From Gemmatimonadota bacterium (GTDB taxonomy: Bacteria; Gemmatimonadota; Gemmatimonadetes; Palauibacterales; KS3-K002): a DNA stretch of 64,000 nucleotides. The stretch is from positions 1 through 64,000 of the forward strand of contig JBDHJS010000034.1 in the NCBI GenBank assembly GCA_039586795.1, given 5' to 3'. A model generated the notes under the pieces. The model had not been told where the DNA came from. It saw nothing but the letters and a program-made list of their open reading frames with translations, and did no database searches. Shown piece by piece: positions 49,441 through 59,403 of the stretch. Positions within the stretch are counted from its first letter, which is position 1. Each line of letters opens with the position of its first letter. The translations under genes were made by a program, and so were the position numbers.

Positions 49441-50604
49441 ATGCCGAGAGCAAGCCTTCGCGCTTCCGCGCGGATCGAAGTGGTGGCGTTCGCAACTCTA
49501 CTGTTGGCCGCGTGCAGCGATCAACCACGCGAGTACCAATGGGGAGTCGATCCAACGTCCCTTCCACAGGTCGTCACCGAGACCGACTTTCCCGAGCTTC
49601 GCCAGGGTTCGGCGGACGCGATCTGGCTACTCGCAGGAAAGGATCTGAGCGACAAAGATCTTCGCCAGTTGTCACTCCCGTTCCTCTCCGCCATGACCTT
49701 CGACCACAACACGCTCTGGCCGGACGCCGCGATGCTGCCCGAAGGTTTCGCGCCAAGTGAATGGACTGAAGTGGCCAAGGACCCCGGCCTAAGTGTTCGC
49801 GACTTGCATCGCCAGGGTATTACCGGAAAGGGAGTGGTCGTTGCCGTCATCGACAAGCCGATCCGCCCCGATCACATCGAGTTCGGTGAGCGCATCCGCT
49901 ACCACGAGGTCTTCGAAGGGGCCAGCCGTGGGTTCAGGCCTCACTTCCACGGCATGGCGTGCGCGTCCATTCTGGTCGGCGAGACCGTGGGCGTGGCGCC
50001 GGAGGCCACCCTGCACTACTTCGCCACGCCCGACATCGGGGAGAATTTCCACTACTACTCCCTCGCCCTCGATCGTGTCATCGAGGTCAACACATCGTTG
50101 CCGGAGGACGAGCGGATCAGACTCGTATCCATATCCGATGGCCTCGGACGAGACAACCCGTTCGCCGATGAATGGGCGGCCGCGCTCGAAAGAGCACGCG
50201 AGGCAAACATCGATATCGTCTACTCGTCGGGCGACAGATTGAACGGCTTTCTTTGGGGCGGTTGCCCACCAGACGCCGACCGCGGCGATGCATCCTGCTA
50301 CAAGCTGGCGCTGTACTTCAAAGGCAGAGACATCTCGAGCGAGAGAGTCCTCATCCCCGGCGACTATCGCACGACAGCGTCTAACATCGGACCCGACACT
50401 TACGTCTACTGGGGAAACGGCGGCTGGAGCTGGGCCATACCCTACGCCGCCGGGCTCGCCGCGCTGGCCTGGCAGATCAACCCGGAGATGACCATCGATC
50501 AGATCGAGGAGGCGCTACGCGAGACGGCCGCGCCTTCCGGCGACGGCCGTTCCGTCATTCAACCCCTGGCCTTCATCGACCAGGTGAGAGCAGGCACCAA
50601 CTAG
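49441..50604 (+). CDS. S8 (subtilisin-like) serine peptidase, lipoprotein
   Basis: Lipobox LLAA-C; GITGKGVVVAVID (Asp), FHGMAC (His), GWSWAIPYAAG (Ser). Confidence 0.85.
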   Translation: MPRASLRASARIEVVAFATLLLAACSDQPREYQWGVDPTSLPQVVTETDFPELRQGSADAIWLLAGKDLSDKDLRQLSLPFLSAMTFDHNTLWPDAAMLPEGFAPSEWTEVAKDPGLSVRDLHRQGITGKGVVVAVIDKPIRPDHIEFGERIRYHEVFEGASRGFRPHFHGMACASILVGETVGVAPEATLHYFATPDIGENFHYYSLALDRVIEVNTSLPEDERIRLVSISDGLGRDNPFADEWAAALERAREANIDIVYSSGDRLNGFLWGGCPPDADRGDASCYKLALYFKGRDISSERVLIPGDYRTTASNIGPDTYVYWGNGGWSWAIPYAAGLAALAWQINPEMTIDQIEEALRETAAPSGDGRSVIQPLAFIDQVRAGTN

Positions 50605-52778
50605 CGGGCAGCGTCGGCAGCCGCCTCCGTCTCGAACAGCTGTCCCGTCTCCAGCTCTTTCACGATCCGGTCGGCGTCGTATACATGATCGAGCGCCGCC
50701 CGGATCGCCCGCACATCGACCATCACGTTTCGTCCGCGCTCCGGCAGATAGATGAAGTCGCGGGAGAGCCCTTCGATGTTGCGATCGAAGTTCAGGCCTA
50801 CCAGCTCCAAGTCCGGCGTCACCGCCGGCGAGCCCGAATTGCCGCCGTAGGTGTCGGCGGTCGACGCGAAGTTCAACGGCGTGCTCAGGTCTAGCCCAGC
50901 TGGCGGGGTCCGCCACCGCTCCGGAAGGTCCCACTCGCTTTCCGGACCGTGAGCGATGAAGCGATCGTACACTCCAAAGAAGGTCGTATAGGGCGGCGCC
51001 AGGGTCCCGTTGTATCGATACCCTTTCACCACCCCGTCGGTGATCCGCGGCGAGAACGTACCATCCGGCGGCACGCTGCGCCCGTACACATCGAAGCGAA
51101 CCCGGCCCAGCTGGCTCTCGAGCCGCTGCTCGTCCTCCGTAAATCCGCCGAACGCCTGCCGATACTCCTGGTACGCCGGCAGAACGGCTGCAATCAGCGC
51201 CAGCGCCGGGTCAGCCATCGACAGGCTGCCGTCCTCGACCGCTGCCGCCGTGCGCTCCGCATCACCCAATGCGGATTCCCGGAGCATCATCGCCGCAGCC
51301 TCCGCCGGCGCTTGCCCCCTTAGAGCCGCCGACGTGATGGCGTTACCGACGCCGAGATAACGTTCGAAGTCCTCGAACCGAACCGTCAGGTAGCCAAGCT
51401 CCAACGACTGTGGGAGGTCGTCGACGGCCAACAAGCGCCCCCTGGCGGCCTGTGCGCTCTGTCCTTCCGCCGAAAGGTACCCGTAAGCCGCCACCGCCCG
51501 TCGAATCAGCGCCGATGAGTAGGTCGGATTGCCCAGTGCGTAGAAGGCGCCGTACGAATCGTATGACGCGCTCTTCCCTGCCTGGATCTCTGTTATGCGG
51601 TTGAAGAGTTCGCTGTACTCCATAAGCTCGGGCCGCGCGGCGATCGAGTCGCGAAGCGCCCGTTCCGCATCCCACTTCCTCCTCATGATGACCGGGTCAT
51701 TCAGAGCGGCCAGCTGTCCGGTCCGCGCCTTCAGCGAATTCGAAAGACCGAACATCATATTGAGGACGTTCATTTCCGCCGCCAGCTCTGGTTCCACATT
51801 TCTGAATCCATCCAGCGCAGCCAGGCGACTCGTGTAGAAGCCCAGTCGAACCGGCACCTCGAAATCCCGCAGATACTCCAGCTGGGCAATCGTACGTAGC
51901 CGGTTGGTCGAACCCGGGTTGCCAATCACGAAAACTACATCGCCTTCCTCGACACCCGCTCGCGGCCACCCTAAGTAGTGATCCGGTTGGTAGGGCTGGC
52001 CCTCTGCGTCGTAGATCCTTAGGAAAGCGAAATCGAGATCGTAACGAGGATAGGTGAAGTTGTCGGCATCGCCGCCGAAGAAACCCATCTGCAATTCCGC
52101 GGCGACGACCAGCCGCACGTCGGTGAACCTTCTGAACACGTAGGCCGAGTAGCGACCGCCGTGATACAGCCCGACGATCTGTACCCAAATCGAATCGACG
52201 CCCGCGTGTATCTCCAGCAGCGATGAGCGAACGGCGTCGAACACGTCCTGTCGCGCGCTGTCTCTGGCTGCCGCATCGCCGATCGGATCGATCGCCTGGA
52301 ACACTTCACGGCTGATGTCCTGAACCTGGATGAGCTGGTCCGCATAGTAGTTTGGAATGCGGCGCTCCTCCTCCAGCGACGCGGCGACGAATCCATCTTC
52401 CAACAACGACTCACCCTCTCGCGTGACTCCCGTTATCGCGCCGCGCACGCAATGATGGTTCGTTGCCACCAGTCCACTCGGCGAAACGAAGGATGCCGAA
52501 CAACCAGGGATCCGCAGCACGGATAGCCGCGCCCGTTCGAACCATTCCTCACTTGCATCGAACTCGTACGTCTCCGTGAAGTACTGAGTCGGCGCATACT
52601 CGAAGGTCCACATCTTCCCGAAATCGAATCGCCCCGCTCGGACCGTATCGAGATCAACTCCTGTCACTTGTGCCGACGTGGCCGTCGGCCACGCCATCGC
52701 GGTCGCTACCAACAGGCCATACAATCCGGTCAGCTTCAGGACCGACCGTCGGTTCACAGAATCTCTCGCTTGATGCAT
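50601..52778 (-). CDS. S46 family dipeptidyl peptidase (DPP7/DPP11 family)
   Basis: GKMW, GCSASFVS..GLVATNHHC, FGGDADNFTYPR, GNPGST, GGNSGSP, GLNFDRN; start between 52757 and 52811. Confidence 0.93.
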   Translation of the reverse strand: MHQARDSVNRRSVLKLTGLYGLLVATAMAWPTATSAQVTGVDLDTVRAGRFDFGKMWTFEYAPTQYFTETYEFDASEEWFERARLSVLRIPGCSASFVSPSGLVATNHHCVRGAITGVTREGESLLEDGFVAASLEEERRIPNYYADQLIQVQDISREVFQAIDPIGDAAARDSARQDVFDAVRSSLLEIHAGVDSIWVQIVGLYHGGRYSAYVFRRFTDVRLVVAAELQMGFFGGDADNFTYPRYDLDFAFLRIYDAEGQPYQPDHYLGWPRAGVEEGDVVFVIGNPGSTNRLRTIAQLEYLRDFEVPVRLGFYTSRLAALDGFRNVEPELAAEMNVLNMMFGLSNSLKARTGQLAALNDPVIMRRKWDAERALRDSIAARPELMEYSELFNRITEIQAGKSASYDSYGAFYALGNPTYSSALIRRAVAAYGYLSAEGQSAQAARGRLLAVDDLPQSLELGYLTVRFEDFERYLGVGNAITSAALRGQAPAEAAAMMLRESALGDAERTAAAVEDGSLSMADPALALIAAVLPAYQEYRQAFGGFTEDEQRLESQLGRVRFDVYGRSVPPDGTFSPRITDGVVKGYRYNGTLAPPYTTFFGVYDRFIAHGPESEWDLPERWRTPPAGLDLSTPLNFASTADTYGGNSGSPAVTPDLELVGLNFDRNIEGLSRDFIYLPERGRNVMVDVRAIRAALDHVYDADRIVKELETGQLFETEAAADAAR

Positions 52779-52912
52779 AGCTTCGGTCTCCGGTTCACCG
52801 ATCATAGACACTCGAGCGCACCCGCACCGATGTGCGCGTAGCCCGAGCTATTTCGTTCTTGATTCCAGGCGCTAGGGTTCAAATTCCATGCCGCCTGGCT
52901 GCCGAGCAGTCG

Positions 52913-54532
52913 TCAGTTCGATCCGCTGGACTGACGCTGAAGATAGGCCCTCAAGTCGCCCACGTCATACCGGCCGTTGTCATTATTGAGCCGATCGAGG
53001 TAGTCCTCTTCGGGCGCGGTGAGGTAATTCGTCTCATCGAGGAGCAGCGATCCTACAAGCCGCAAGATAGAGACTGGGGCAGTCGACAGGATAAGCCGCG
53101 CGCTACCGCCTTCCAGCGTTATCTGGTAGATGTTGATATCCGTCTCCTCGCCCAGCCCGGCGTTGTCGCGGCTCGAAGGGTAGCTTAAGCTGGTCAGCGC
53201 GCCGGCGCCCAGCGCACCGAACGCGTCTCCCGGTTCGCCACGACTGCCGCCTTCCGCGAAGTTCTTCGTCAGACTACTGTCGCCGTCCGCCTCGCGCAGC
53301 ATGACCTTGTAGAGCAGCGGGCTCTGAGCACTGGGGCGGTTGACCGGCAGCGTATCGTTGATCCCATAGATCAGAACGCCGGCGGCGGGAATGTCCCGGT
53401 CAAAACCGATCGTGTCCCGATACTCGATCAGCAGACGCTCGTACTCACTCATCGGTAGCTCGAGAATAGTGCGCCCGGTCTGGACCGGTTCCAGCGTAAC
53501 GTCGAGGATCTCCTCATCGCTCACCACACGGATCTCGTCCAGCCAACCCAGCCGCTTCTTCTCCCAAGCACCAGGGTGCGTCGGTCCCATCCACCCGATC
53601 CGCCCGCCATCGACGGGTCCGCAACCCCAGGAACCCGCCGCCATCAACGACCAGCACCCGACCACCCAGCGTCGTTCCTCAGGGAGCAACCCCTCCGCCC
53701 GGTCGTAGAGGTCCGGCAGACCGAGCATGTGGCCCGCCTCGTGGGCGATGGTCCCGATCGATGCAATCTGGGTTCCGCTGCAGTCGACGATGCTCTGGAT
53801 GAAGTACGGATCGATCTGAATCGGGGATCCATCGGGCCGCTGATCGTCGGTATTGAACCGCGAGCCGGCGGCGGAGCTGAGTCCCCAGAAGTGAGGCCAG
53901 ATTCCCGGTCCCCCGCACGAGGCTGAGACCTCCAGGAAGTAGAACGCGATAGCATCGACGATGCCGTTATCGTCTCCACTGTTCGGGATGTTGTCCGGGC
54001 CATCGTTGTCGAACTGCCCGAAATCGAAGCCCGGGTCGACCTGTGTCAGCGCGTCGACCAGGTACTCCCCAACCCTGGCGTCCCCACCCAACCCGTAGGT
54101 GCTACCGACGACTTCGGCTCTCGTCAGACTGGTTCGAACCCAATCCGTAGCGTCCCCGGCGATGTTGAGACGGCCGCCCGATGCGTCAGCGTAGAACTGT
54201 CTCAACGATTGCGGACCTGTGAATAACACCGCGCGCAGGTCCGCGCCGCTGATCGTCGGATCGGGTGAGTCAGAGAACAGAGCGGTCACGGCAACGATCG
54301 GTAGGTCGCCTTCTACCGCCAGATTCGCGGCCACGCTTTGATTCACCTTGACTGTCCAGCCTCCCAAGGCGAACAGCGCCGTCGGGTCCTGGCGAACACG
54401 CGCATACAATTCCGGGGACAAGCGTCGGGCACTGGGCTCAGGAGGAAGCTCGATGTACTGCGCGAAGCCATCGCCCGGAACGAGGACCGCTCCGACGACC
54501 AGAAGTGCGGCTGAAAAGCGCGACAGCTTCAC
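52913..54532 (-). CDS. M6 (immune inhibitor A)-family metalloprotease, exported
   Basis: Signal peptide; DNDGPD..PNSGDDNGIVD, IWPH, HEAGHMLGLPDLY (HExxHxxGxxD), WSLMAAGSW Met-turn. Confidence 0.92.
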   Translation of the reverse strand: MKLSRFSAALLVVGAVLVPGDGFAQYIELPPEPSARRLSPELYARVRQDPTALFALGGWTVKVNQSVAANLAVEGDLPIVAVTALFSDSPDPTISGADLRAVLFTGPQSLRQFYADASGGRLNIAGDATDWVRTSLTRAEVVGSTYGLGGDARVGEYLVDALTQVDPGFDFGQFDNDGPDNIPNSGDDNGIVDAIAFYFLEVSASCGGPGIWPHFWGLSSAAGSRFNTDDQRPDGSPIQIDPYFIQSIVDCSGTQIASIGTIAHEAGHMLGLPDLYDRAEGLLPEERRWVVGCWSLMAAGSWGCGPVDGGRIGWMGPTHPGAWEKKRLGWLDEIRVVSDEEILDVTLEPVQTGRTILELPMSEYERLLIEYRDTIGFDRDIPAAGVLIYGINDTLPVNRPSAQSPLLYKVMLREADGDSSLTKNFAEGGSRGEPGDAFGALGAGALTSLSYPSSRDNAGLGEETDINIYQITLEGGSARLILSTAPVSILRLVGSLLLDETNYLTAPEEDYLDRLNNDNGRYDVGDLRAYLQRQSSGSN

Positions 54533-55032
54533 GAGCCACCTCCCGCTGGCGAATCCACTCTATAGACCGTCACTGTGATATCGTAGCCCGACAGCGTGCT
54601 CCGCAGGTTGTTGTCACCATCGCCTACTTCGACGATCTGCCACTCCGGAAGGTCGTTCACGTCCTCGACGCCCACTTCTATGCTGATCTCACCCGCCTGA
54701 TCCCTATACGCCACGATCCGGCTGAGCCCGTCGGACCGCAGGTGGAACGCCTCGCCGTTAGCGACGCTGGAAACGGGGATACCACTCACCATGTTCACAT
54801 CGACCAACCCCACGCTGACCACACCTCCGTCCGTCGTCTCCAGAACGACGGCTCCCTCGGCGCCGTTGGGTGATACCAGCGTCAGGAGCACGTCGCCCGG
54901 CACCACCTGCGGAGGGGTCACCTCATCATCACACGCCTCCAATGCGAGGGTAGCCGCCGCAACGATAGCCACCGCTGTACCGATCCGCGTAAAAGCGAGT
55001 GCTCTATTCATATTCTTCAAGATGCTCTTCAA
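54529..55032 (-). CDS. Lipoprotein, predicted beta-sandwich, unknown function
   Basis: Lipobox LEA-C; alternating beta-strand pattern; stop overlaps the M6 start (GTGA); start is TTG 55032 or ATG 55011. Confidence 0.75.
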   Translation of the reverse strand: MKSILKNMNRALAFTRIGTAVAIVAAATLALEACDDEVTPPQVVPGDVLLTLVSPNGAEGAVVLETTDGGVVSVGLVDVNMVSGIPVSSVANGEAFHLRSDGLSRIVAYRDQAGEISIEVGVEDVNDLPEWQIVEVGDGDNNLRSTLSGYDITVTVYRVDSPAGGGS

Positions 55033-55041
55033 CCGATTAGG

Positions 55042-55587
55042 TTAAAAACGGAGAGCCAATCCAACGCCCAGTGGGAACGTCCAGGTATCACTACCCAGGT
55101 CGCTGTCTCCCGACAGGGCAACGTTTACCCCCAGGTCGATCGTTCCCCCCACATGTCGACTGAAATCGTAGACCAGTTTCATTCCGCCGGTCAGCGCGAA
55201 GTACGTCTCGGTCGCTACCTGACCGGACTCCTGGTCGAATCTCGCCCCCCCGGCGCCGGCGTAGAAGATCATCAGACCGTTCATATCCAGCGGGACGGGG
55301 CTATATCCGAGCATCCCCCAGTAGCCCACGTTGTCCCAATTCGGACTCGAGCCGACGCCGCCGTGCCAGCTATACGTGCCGCTGCCCATGATCCAAATAT
55401 GCGGGAGCGGCATCAGGCCCAGCGTGGCGCCCAGCGCGTAGCCGTCTCCGAACGGCAGGCCGCCGCTCGTGGGCACGTAGGCCCAATGGCCCTGGATCAG
55501 CACCCGTCTGGGTGATTGCGCCGACGCGCTCGACGTGCAAAGCAGGACCAGAGCCAGAAGCGCTAGCAGCTTCCCAGCAATCCTCAT
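55042..55587 (-). CDS. Small outer-membrane beta-barrel protein
   Basis: Signal peptide MRIAGKLLALLALVLLCTSSASA; amphipathic Gly/aromatic strands; C-terminal ...LGVGLALRF. Confidence 0.8.
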   Translation of the reverse strand: MRIAGKLLALLALVLLCTSSASAQSPRRVLIQGHWAYVPTSGGLPFGDGYALGATLGLMPLPHIWIMGSGTYSWHGGVGSSPNWDNVGYWGMLGYSPVPLDMNGLMIFYAGAGGARFDQESGQVATETYFALTGGMKLVYDFSRHVGGTIDLGVNVALSGDSDLGSDTWTFPLGVGLALRF

Positions 55588-55759
55588 GGGGTTTCCTTTT
55601 GCGCTGACGTGAACACCGCGGGGGTTACGGTCGGGCGTCGCCAGGTTGCGAACCCCAACAAAATAAGCAGGCAAACCCGTTGGGGACAATCCGCCCCACG
55701 CGGCGGAGATCTGCCGCGACACTGGCCACCGGGGCCGTCGCAAAGCATATTCCGTGGCC

Positions 55760-58018
55760 ATGATAGATCTGAAACAGCGACTCGATCGAGGCCTCGAAGG
55801 CCGATACACACTTGAGCGCGAGCTTGGCCAGGGTGGAATGGCTATTGTCTTTCTCGCTCAAGACCTGCGACATCAGCGCAACGTAGCGCTCAAAGTCTTG
55901 CGACCCGAGGTGGCCACGGAAATCGGAGCCGACCGCTTTCTTCGCGAGATCAAACTCGCCGCCGGGTTGACTCATCCGCATGTCCTGCCGCTCTACGATT
56001 CTGGTGATGTGGACGGCCTGCTGTTCTACGTCATGCCGAACATGGAAGGCAAATCGCTACGCGAGCGGCTAAACAAGGAGAAGCAGCTTTCACTGGATGA
56101 AGCGCTGCGGATCACACGACAAGTAGCCTCCGCCCTCGATTATGCCCACCGACAGAACGTCGTTCACCGCGATATCAAGCCAGAGAATATCCTATTTCAT
56201 GAAGGTTCGGCGTCCGTTGCCGATTTCGGTATTGGGAAGGCGCTCTCCGAAGCGGAAGCCGAGATCACTCAAACCGGTATGATGCTCGGAACACCGGCTT
56301 ATATGAGTCCCGAACAGGCTTCCGGTGAGGCAGACCTCGACGGCCGAAGCGACCTGTATAGCCTTGGCTGCGTATTCTACGAGATGCTCAGCGGCGAGCC
56401 CCCGTTCACCGGGCCAAACACGCAGGCGATCATCACGAAGCGTTTCATCGCTCCCATCCCCCAGGTTCGCGCTGTGAGGGATGTCCCGGAATCCATCGAT
56501 GAAGTGACGACGCGCGCTCTCGCCCGCACTCCCGTCGATCGGTTCCCCACCGCGGCCGAATTTGCCGAAGCCTTGGCCGAGATCCAGGAGACGGGTTCGA
56601 CGCCTCCTGGCGCATCGCCTGCGGTCAGCAAGCCCGTGCCGCCGAAACAGTCGATCGCCGTTCTTCCGCTGACGAATATGAGCGCCGATCCGGAGAACGA
56701 GTATTTCAGCGACGGCATGACCGAGGAGATCATTAACGCGATCGGCAAACTGCCCGAGATGCAGGTTGCGTCACGCACATCGTGCTTCGCTTTCAAAGGG
56801 AAGGAAGTCGATGTCCGTCAGGTCGGCGAGAAGCTCGGGGTCGCGCATGTCCTGGAGGGGAGTGTCCGCAAAATCGGCAACCGAATTCGCCTCAGCGCCC
56901 AGTTGATCGACGTGGCGACGGGCTACCACCTCTGGTCAGAAGCATACGACCATCAACTCGAGGACGTATTTGCCATTCAGGACGAGATATCGCGGGCCAT
57001 CGTCGACGCACTCAAAGTTCAGCTCGGCGGCGAAACCGAACAGCTCGTCGCGCCGACGACCGACAATATAGAGGCTTACACGCTCTACCTAAGAGGACGG
57101 TACTTCCTAAACAAGTCGTTTTCCGAACCGGACCTGAGAAAGGGACTCGACTACTTCGATCAAGCTCTTGCCAAGGATCCCGGCTACGCGAGAGCACACT
57201 CGGGGATCGCCGATATCTGGAGCACACTGGCGGACGATTGGGTCGTTCCGGAAGAAGCCTACCCTCAAGCGATGGAAGCGGCGAACAAGGCTCTCGAGCT
57301 CGACCCGACGTTGGCGGAGCCCCTTGCTTCCGTCGGAAAAGTCCTCGCCTGGTACGAGTGGGATTTCGACGGCGGGCAGGCCGCACTGACCAAGGCTATC
57401 GAGTTGAATCCAAACTATGCGGAGGCTCACTTCGTCCTCGGTAGCGTGCTGCCATCTATCGGCCGACTTGATGACGCGATCGAAGAGATGCGTAAGGCCC
57501 TCGTGCTCGACCCGCTGGCCCCACACCACGGTCGCTGGCTTGGCCGACTTCTGCTGTACGCGAAGAGATACGAAGAGACTATCGAGCAGAGCCAGAAGAC
57601 CCTCGAGCTGGAACCCACCTACTTCCAATCTTGCCACGACGTGGGAACCGCCCACCTGCAACTGGGGCATGCGGAAGAAGCGATGAAGTGGTACCGCAAG
57701 GCCCAATCGATGGAAACTTCCGTGCGCTCCTACGATGCCTTTCTGGTCCGCGCCCTGGCTGCGATGGGCGAACGGGAAGAGGCCACCGCGATCATGGAAC
57801 GCCTCGCTGAAGAGGCGCAGCAGCACTATGTAAGAGCGGAGATAATGGCCATGGGCTACGCCGCCCTCGGCGACAAAGACAACGCCTTCGCCTGCCTGAA
57901 AGAGGCCCTGGACGCTCACTCAGCCGGGCTCGTCTACCTTCACATCGATCCTGGGTATGAGCCCCTTCGGTCGGACCCCCGCTACGACGACCTGGTGTCC
58001 AAGATCGGGCTGAAGTAA
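55760..58018 (+). CDS. Ser/Thr protein kinase - TolB-like - TPR protein (cytoplasmic)
   Basis: GQGGMAIVF, HRDIKPEN, DFG, GTPAYMSPEQ; SIAVLPL.NMS.D.ENEYFSDG.TEE; TPRs; LRSDPRY. Confidence 0.95.
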   Translation: MIDLKQRLDRGLEGRYTLERELGQGGMAIVFLAQDLRHQRNVALKVLRPEVATEIGADRFLREIKLAAGLTHPHVLPLYDSGDVDGLLFYVMPNMEGKSLRERLNKEKQLSLDEALRITRQVASALDYAHRQNVVHRDIKPENILFHEGSASVADFGIGKALSEAEAEITQTGMMLGTPAYMSPEQASGEADLDGRSDLYSLGCVFYEMLSGEPPFTGPNTQAIITKRFIAPIPQVRAVRDVPESIDEVTTRALARTPVDRFPTAAEFAEALAEIQETGSTPPGASPAVSKPVPPKQSIAVLPLTNMSADPENEYFSDGMTEEIINAIGKLPEMQVASRTSCFAFKGKEVDVRQVGEKLGVAHVLEGSVRKIGNRIRLSAQLIDVATGYHLWSEAYDHQLEDVFAIQDEISRAIVDALKVQLGGETEQLVAPTTDNIEAYTLYLRGRYFLNKSFSEPDLRKGLDYFDQALAKDPGYARAHSGIADIWSTLADDWVVPEEAYPQAMEAANKALELDPTLAEPLASVGKVLAWYEWDFDGGQAALTKAIELNPNYAEAHFVLGSVLPSIGRLDDAIEEMRKALVLDPLAPHHGRWLGRLLLYAKRYEETIEQSQKTLELEPTYFQSCHDVGTAHLQLGHAEEAMKWYRKAQSMETSVRSYDAFLVRALAAMGEREEATAIMERLAEEAQQHYVRAEIMAMGYAALGDKDNAFACLKEALDAHSAGLVYLHIDPGYEPLRSDPRYDDLVSKIGLK

Positions 58019-58128
58019 CCCGACCCGATCACTGGCACCCACGTTTGAACTCGCCGGCTCGTAGTCAATTCTCCGGGGTATTAGAATAGAGCGGTGGCTC
58101 TCCCCTATTGCCATGGAGGGAGGACACC

Positions 58129-58329
58129 ATGGCTAAACAGTTTAGGTGTAAGGACCTGGGTATCGGATGCGACATAGTGATCGAAGCGACTTCAGAGGAA
58201 GAGCTGGTGGCGAAAGCTCTGCAGCACATCCTCTCGGTCCACGGTCTCGACATGAGCGAACAGCCGATGCTCGATTACCTGAAGGCAGCAATAACCAGCC
58301 GGGGTAAGGCGTCGCCGACTTTCCGCTAG
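58129..58329 (+). CDS. DUF1059-like small metal-binding protein
   Basis: GGAGG SD; F.C.D.G..C.....A..EEE......H...H pattern. Confidence 0.8.
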   Translation: MAKQFRCKDLGIGCDIVIEATSEEELVAKALQHILSVHGLDMSEQPMLDYLKAAITSRGKASPTFR

Positions 58330-58479
58330 AGCCGCGGCTGTAACCCACCCCTTTGCCTGCCGACGCGCAGTTGATTGGCCACCCAGAGGCCGATACGTTG
58401 TTCGCCGACCGTTACCCCTCTCCGTCCAACAACCTCGAGAGAGCCCTTTCTCTCTGTTTGCAGACGAGGTCAGCGAACC

Positions 58480-59382
58480 ATGAAGACCATCGTGATTCTC
58501 CTCCTGGCGCTCACACTGGCCGCATGCGGCAGCGATTCGAGCGACTACACGCCAACCGCCGCCAGCTCGCCTTCTACCGACATCTTTCTTGGAGACCTGA
58601 CACTTGACGGCGATCGGCTGGAAGTCGGAGGGCTGGTTAACGTCACGGATCGTGATGGGTACGATAATCAACCATACTTCACGCCCGACGGAGCGGCCCT
58701 TCTCTATGCGTCGGCTCGTGATACTCTGCAGACAGACATCTACCGGTACGACCTGGCGCGCGGAGCGACCACGCAAGTGACGAACACTACTGCGAGCGAG
58801 TATTCGCCCACTGTGATGCCGGGTGGAACGCAGTTCTCTACGATCCGCGAGGAAAGGTCGCGCCAACAGTTGTGGCGTTACGGGATGGACGGGAGCGACG
58901 CCGGCGGTCTGCTCGATGCAGTTCAGCCTGTGGGCTACCACGCCTGGGGCGACGAGACTACCGTCGCGATGTTCGTTCTCGGTGACTCCCTGAAACCCAA
59001 TACACTACAGGTTGCCGATCTGGAATCCGGCGAGGTCTCCATCGCCGCCGAGAACATCGGTCGTTCATTGCACCGAATCCCGGGACGACACGCGATCAGT
59101 TTTGTACACAAGGTCTCCGAGAATGAGTGGTTGATCAAAGCCATCGACCTGGACGCGGGATCGATTTCGACGATCGCCGCTACGATCGCGGGCCGAGAGG
59201 ACTATGTCTGGCTCCCCGATGGATCGATCCTGATGGGTGATGATGCGACTCTTCATCGCTGGTCCCGAGAGGGCTGGGAGATGGTCGCGGACCTGTCCGA
59301 ATTCGGCGTGCGAGGGATCACACGCCTCGCGGTCACCAGCGGCGGAGACCGAATCGCCGTCGTCGGCCAGCGGGGTGAGTAG
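58480..59382 (+). CDS. TolB-like (WD40/PD40) beta-propeller lipoprotein
   Basis: Lipobox LAA-C; GYDNQPYFTPDG, SEYSPT, PVGYHAW. Confidence 0.82.
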   Translation: MKTIVILLLALTLAACGSDSSDYTPTAASSPSTDIFLGDLTLDGDRLEVGGLVNVTDRDGYDNQPYFTPDGAALLYASARDTLQTDIYRYDLARGATTQVTNTTASEYSPTVMPGGTQFSTIREERSRQQLWRYGMDGSDAGGLLDAVQPVGYHAWGDETTVAMFVLGDSLKPNTLQVADLESGEVSIAAENIGRSLHRIPGRHAISFVHKVSENEWLIKAIDLDAGSISTIAATIAGREDYVWLPDGSILMGDDATLHRWSREGWEMVADLSEFGVRGITRLAVTSGGDRIAVVGQRGE

Positions 59383-59403
59383 ACCGCATAGCTCAAGGAG
59401 CAG

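Noticed and set aside
52865..52898. tRNA-like GGTTCAAATTCC
   Set aside because: The T-stem pairs poorly and there are no D or anticodon arms; only a simple hairpin.
55588..55809. Longer N-terminus for the beta-barrel ORF
   Set aside because: Overlaps the divergent kinase start; a clear signal peptide begins at ATG 55587.
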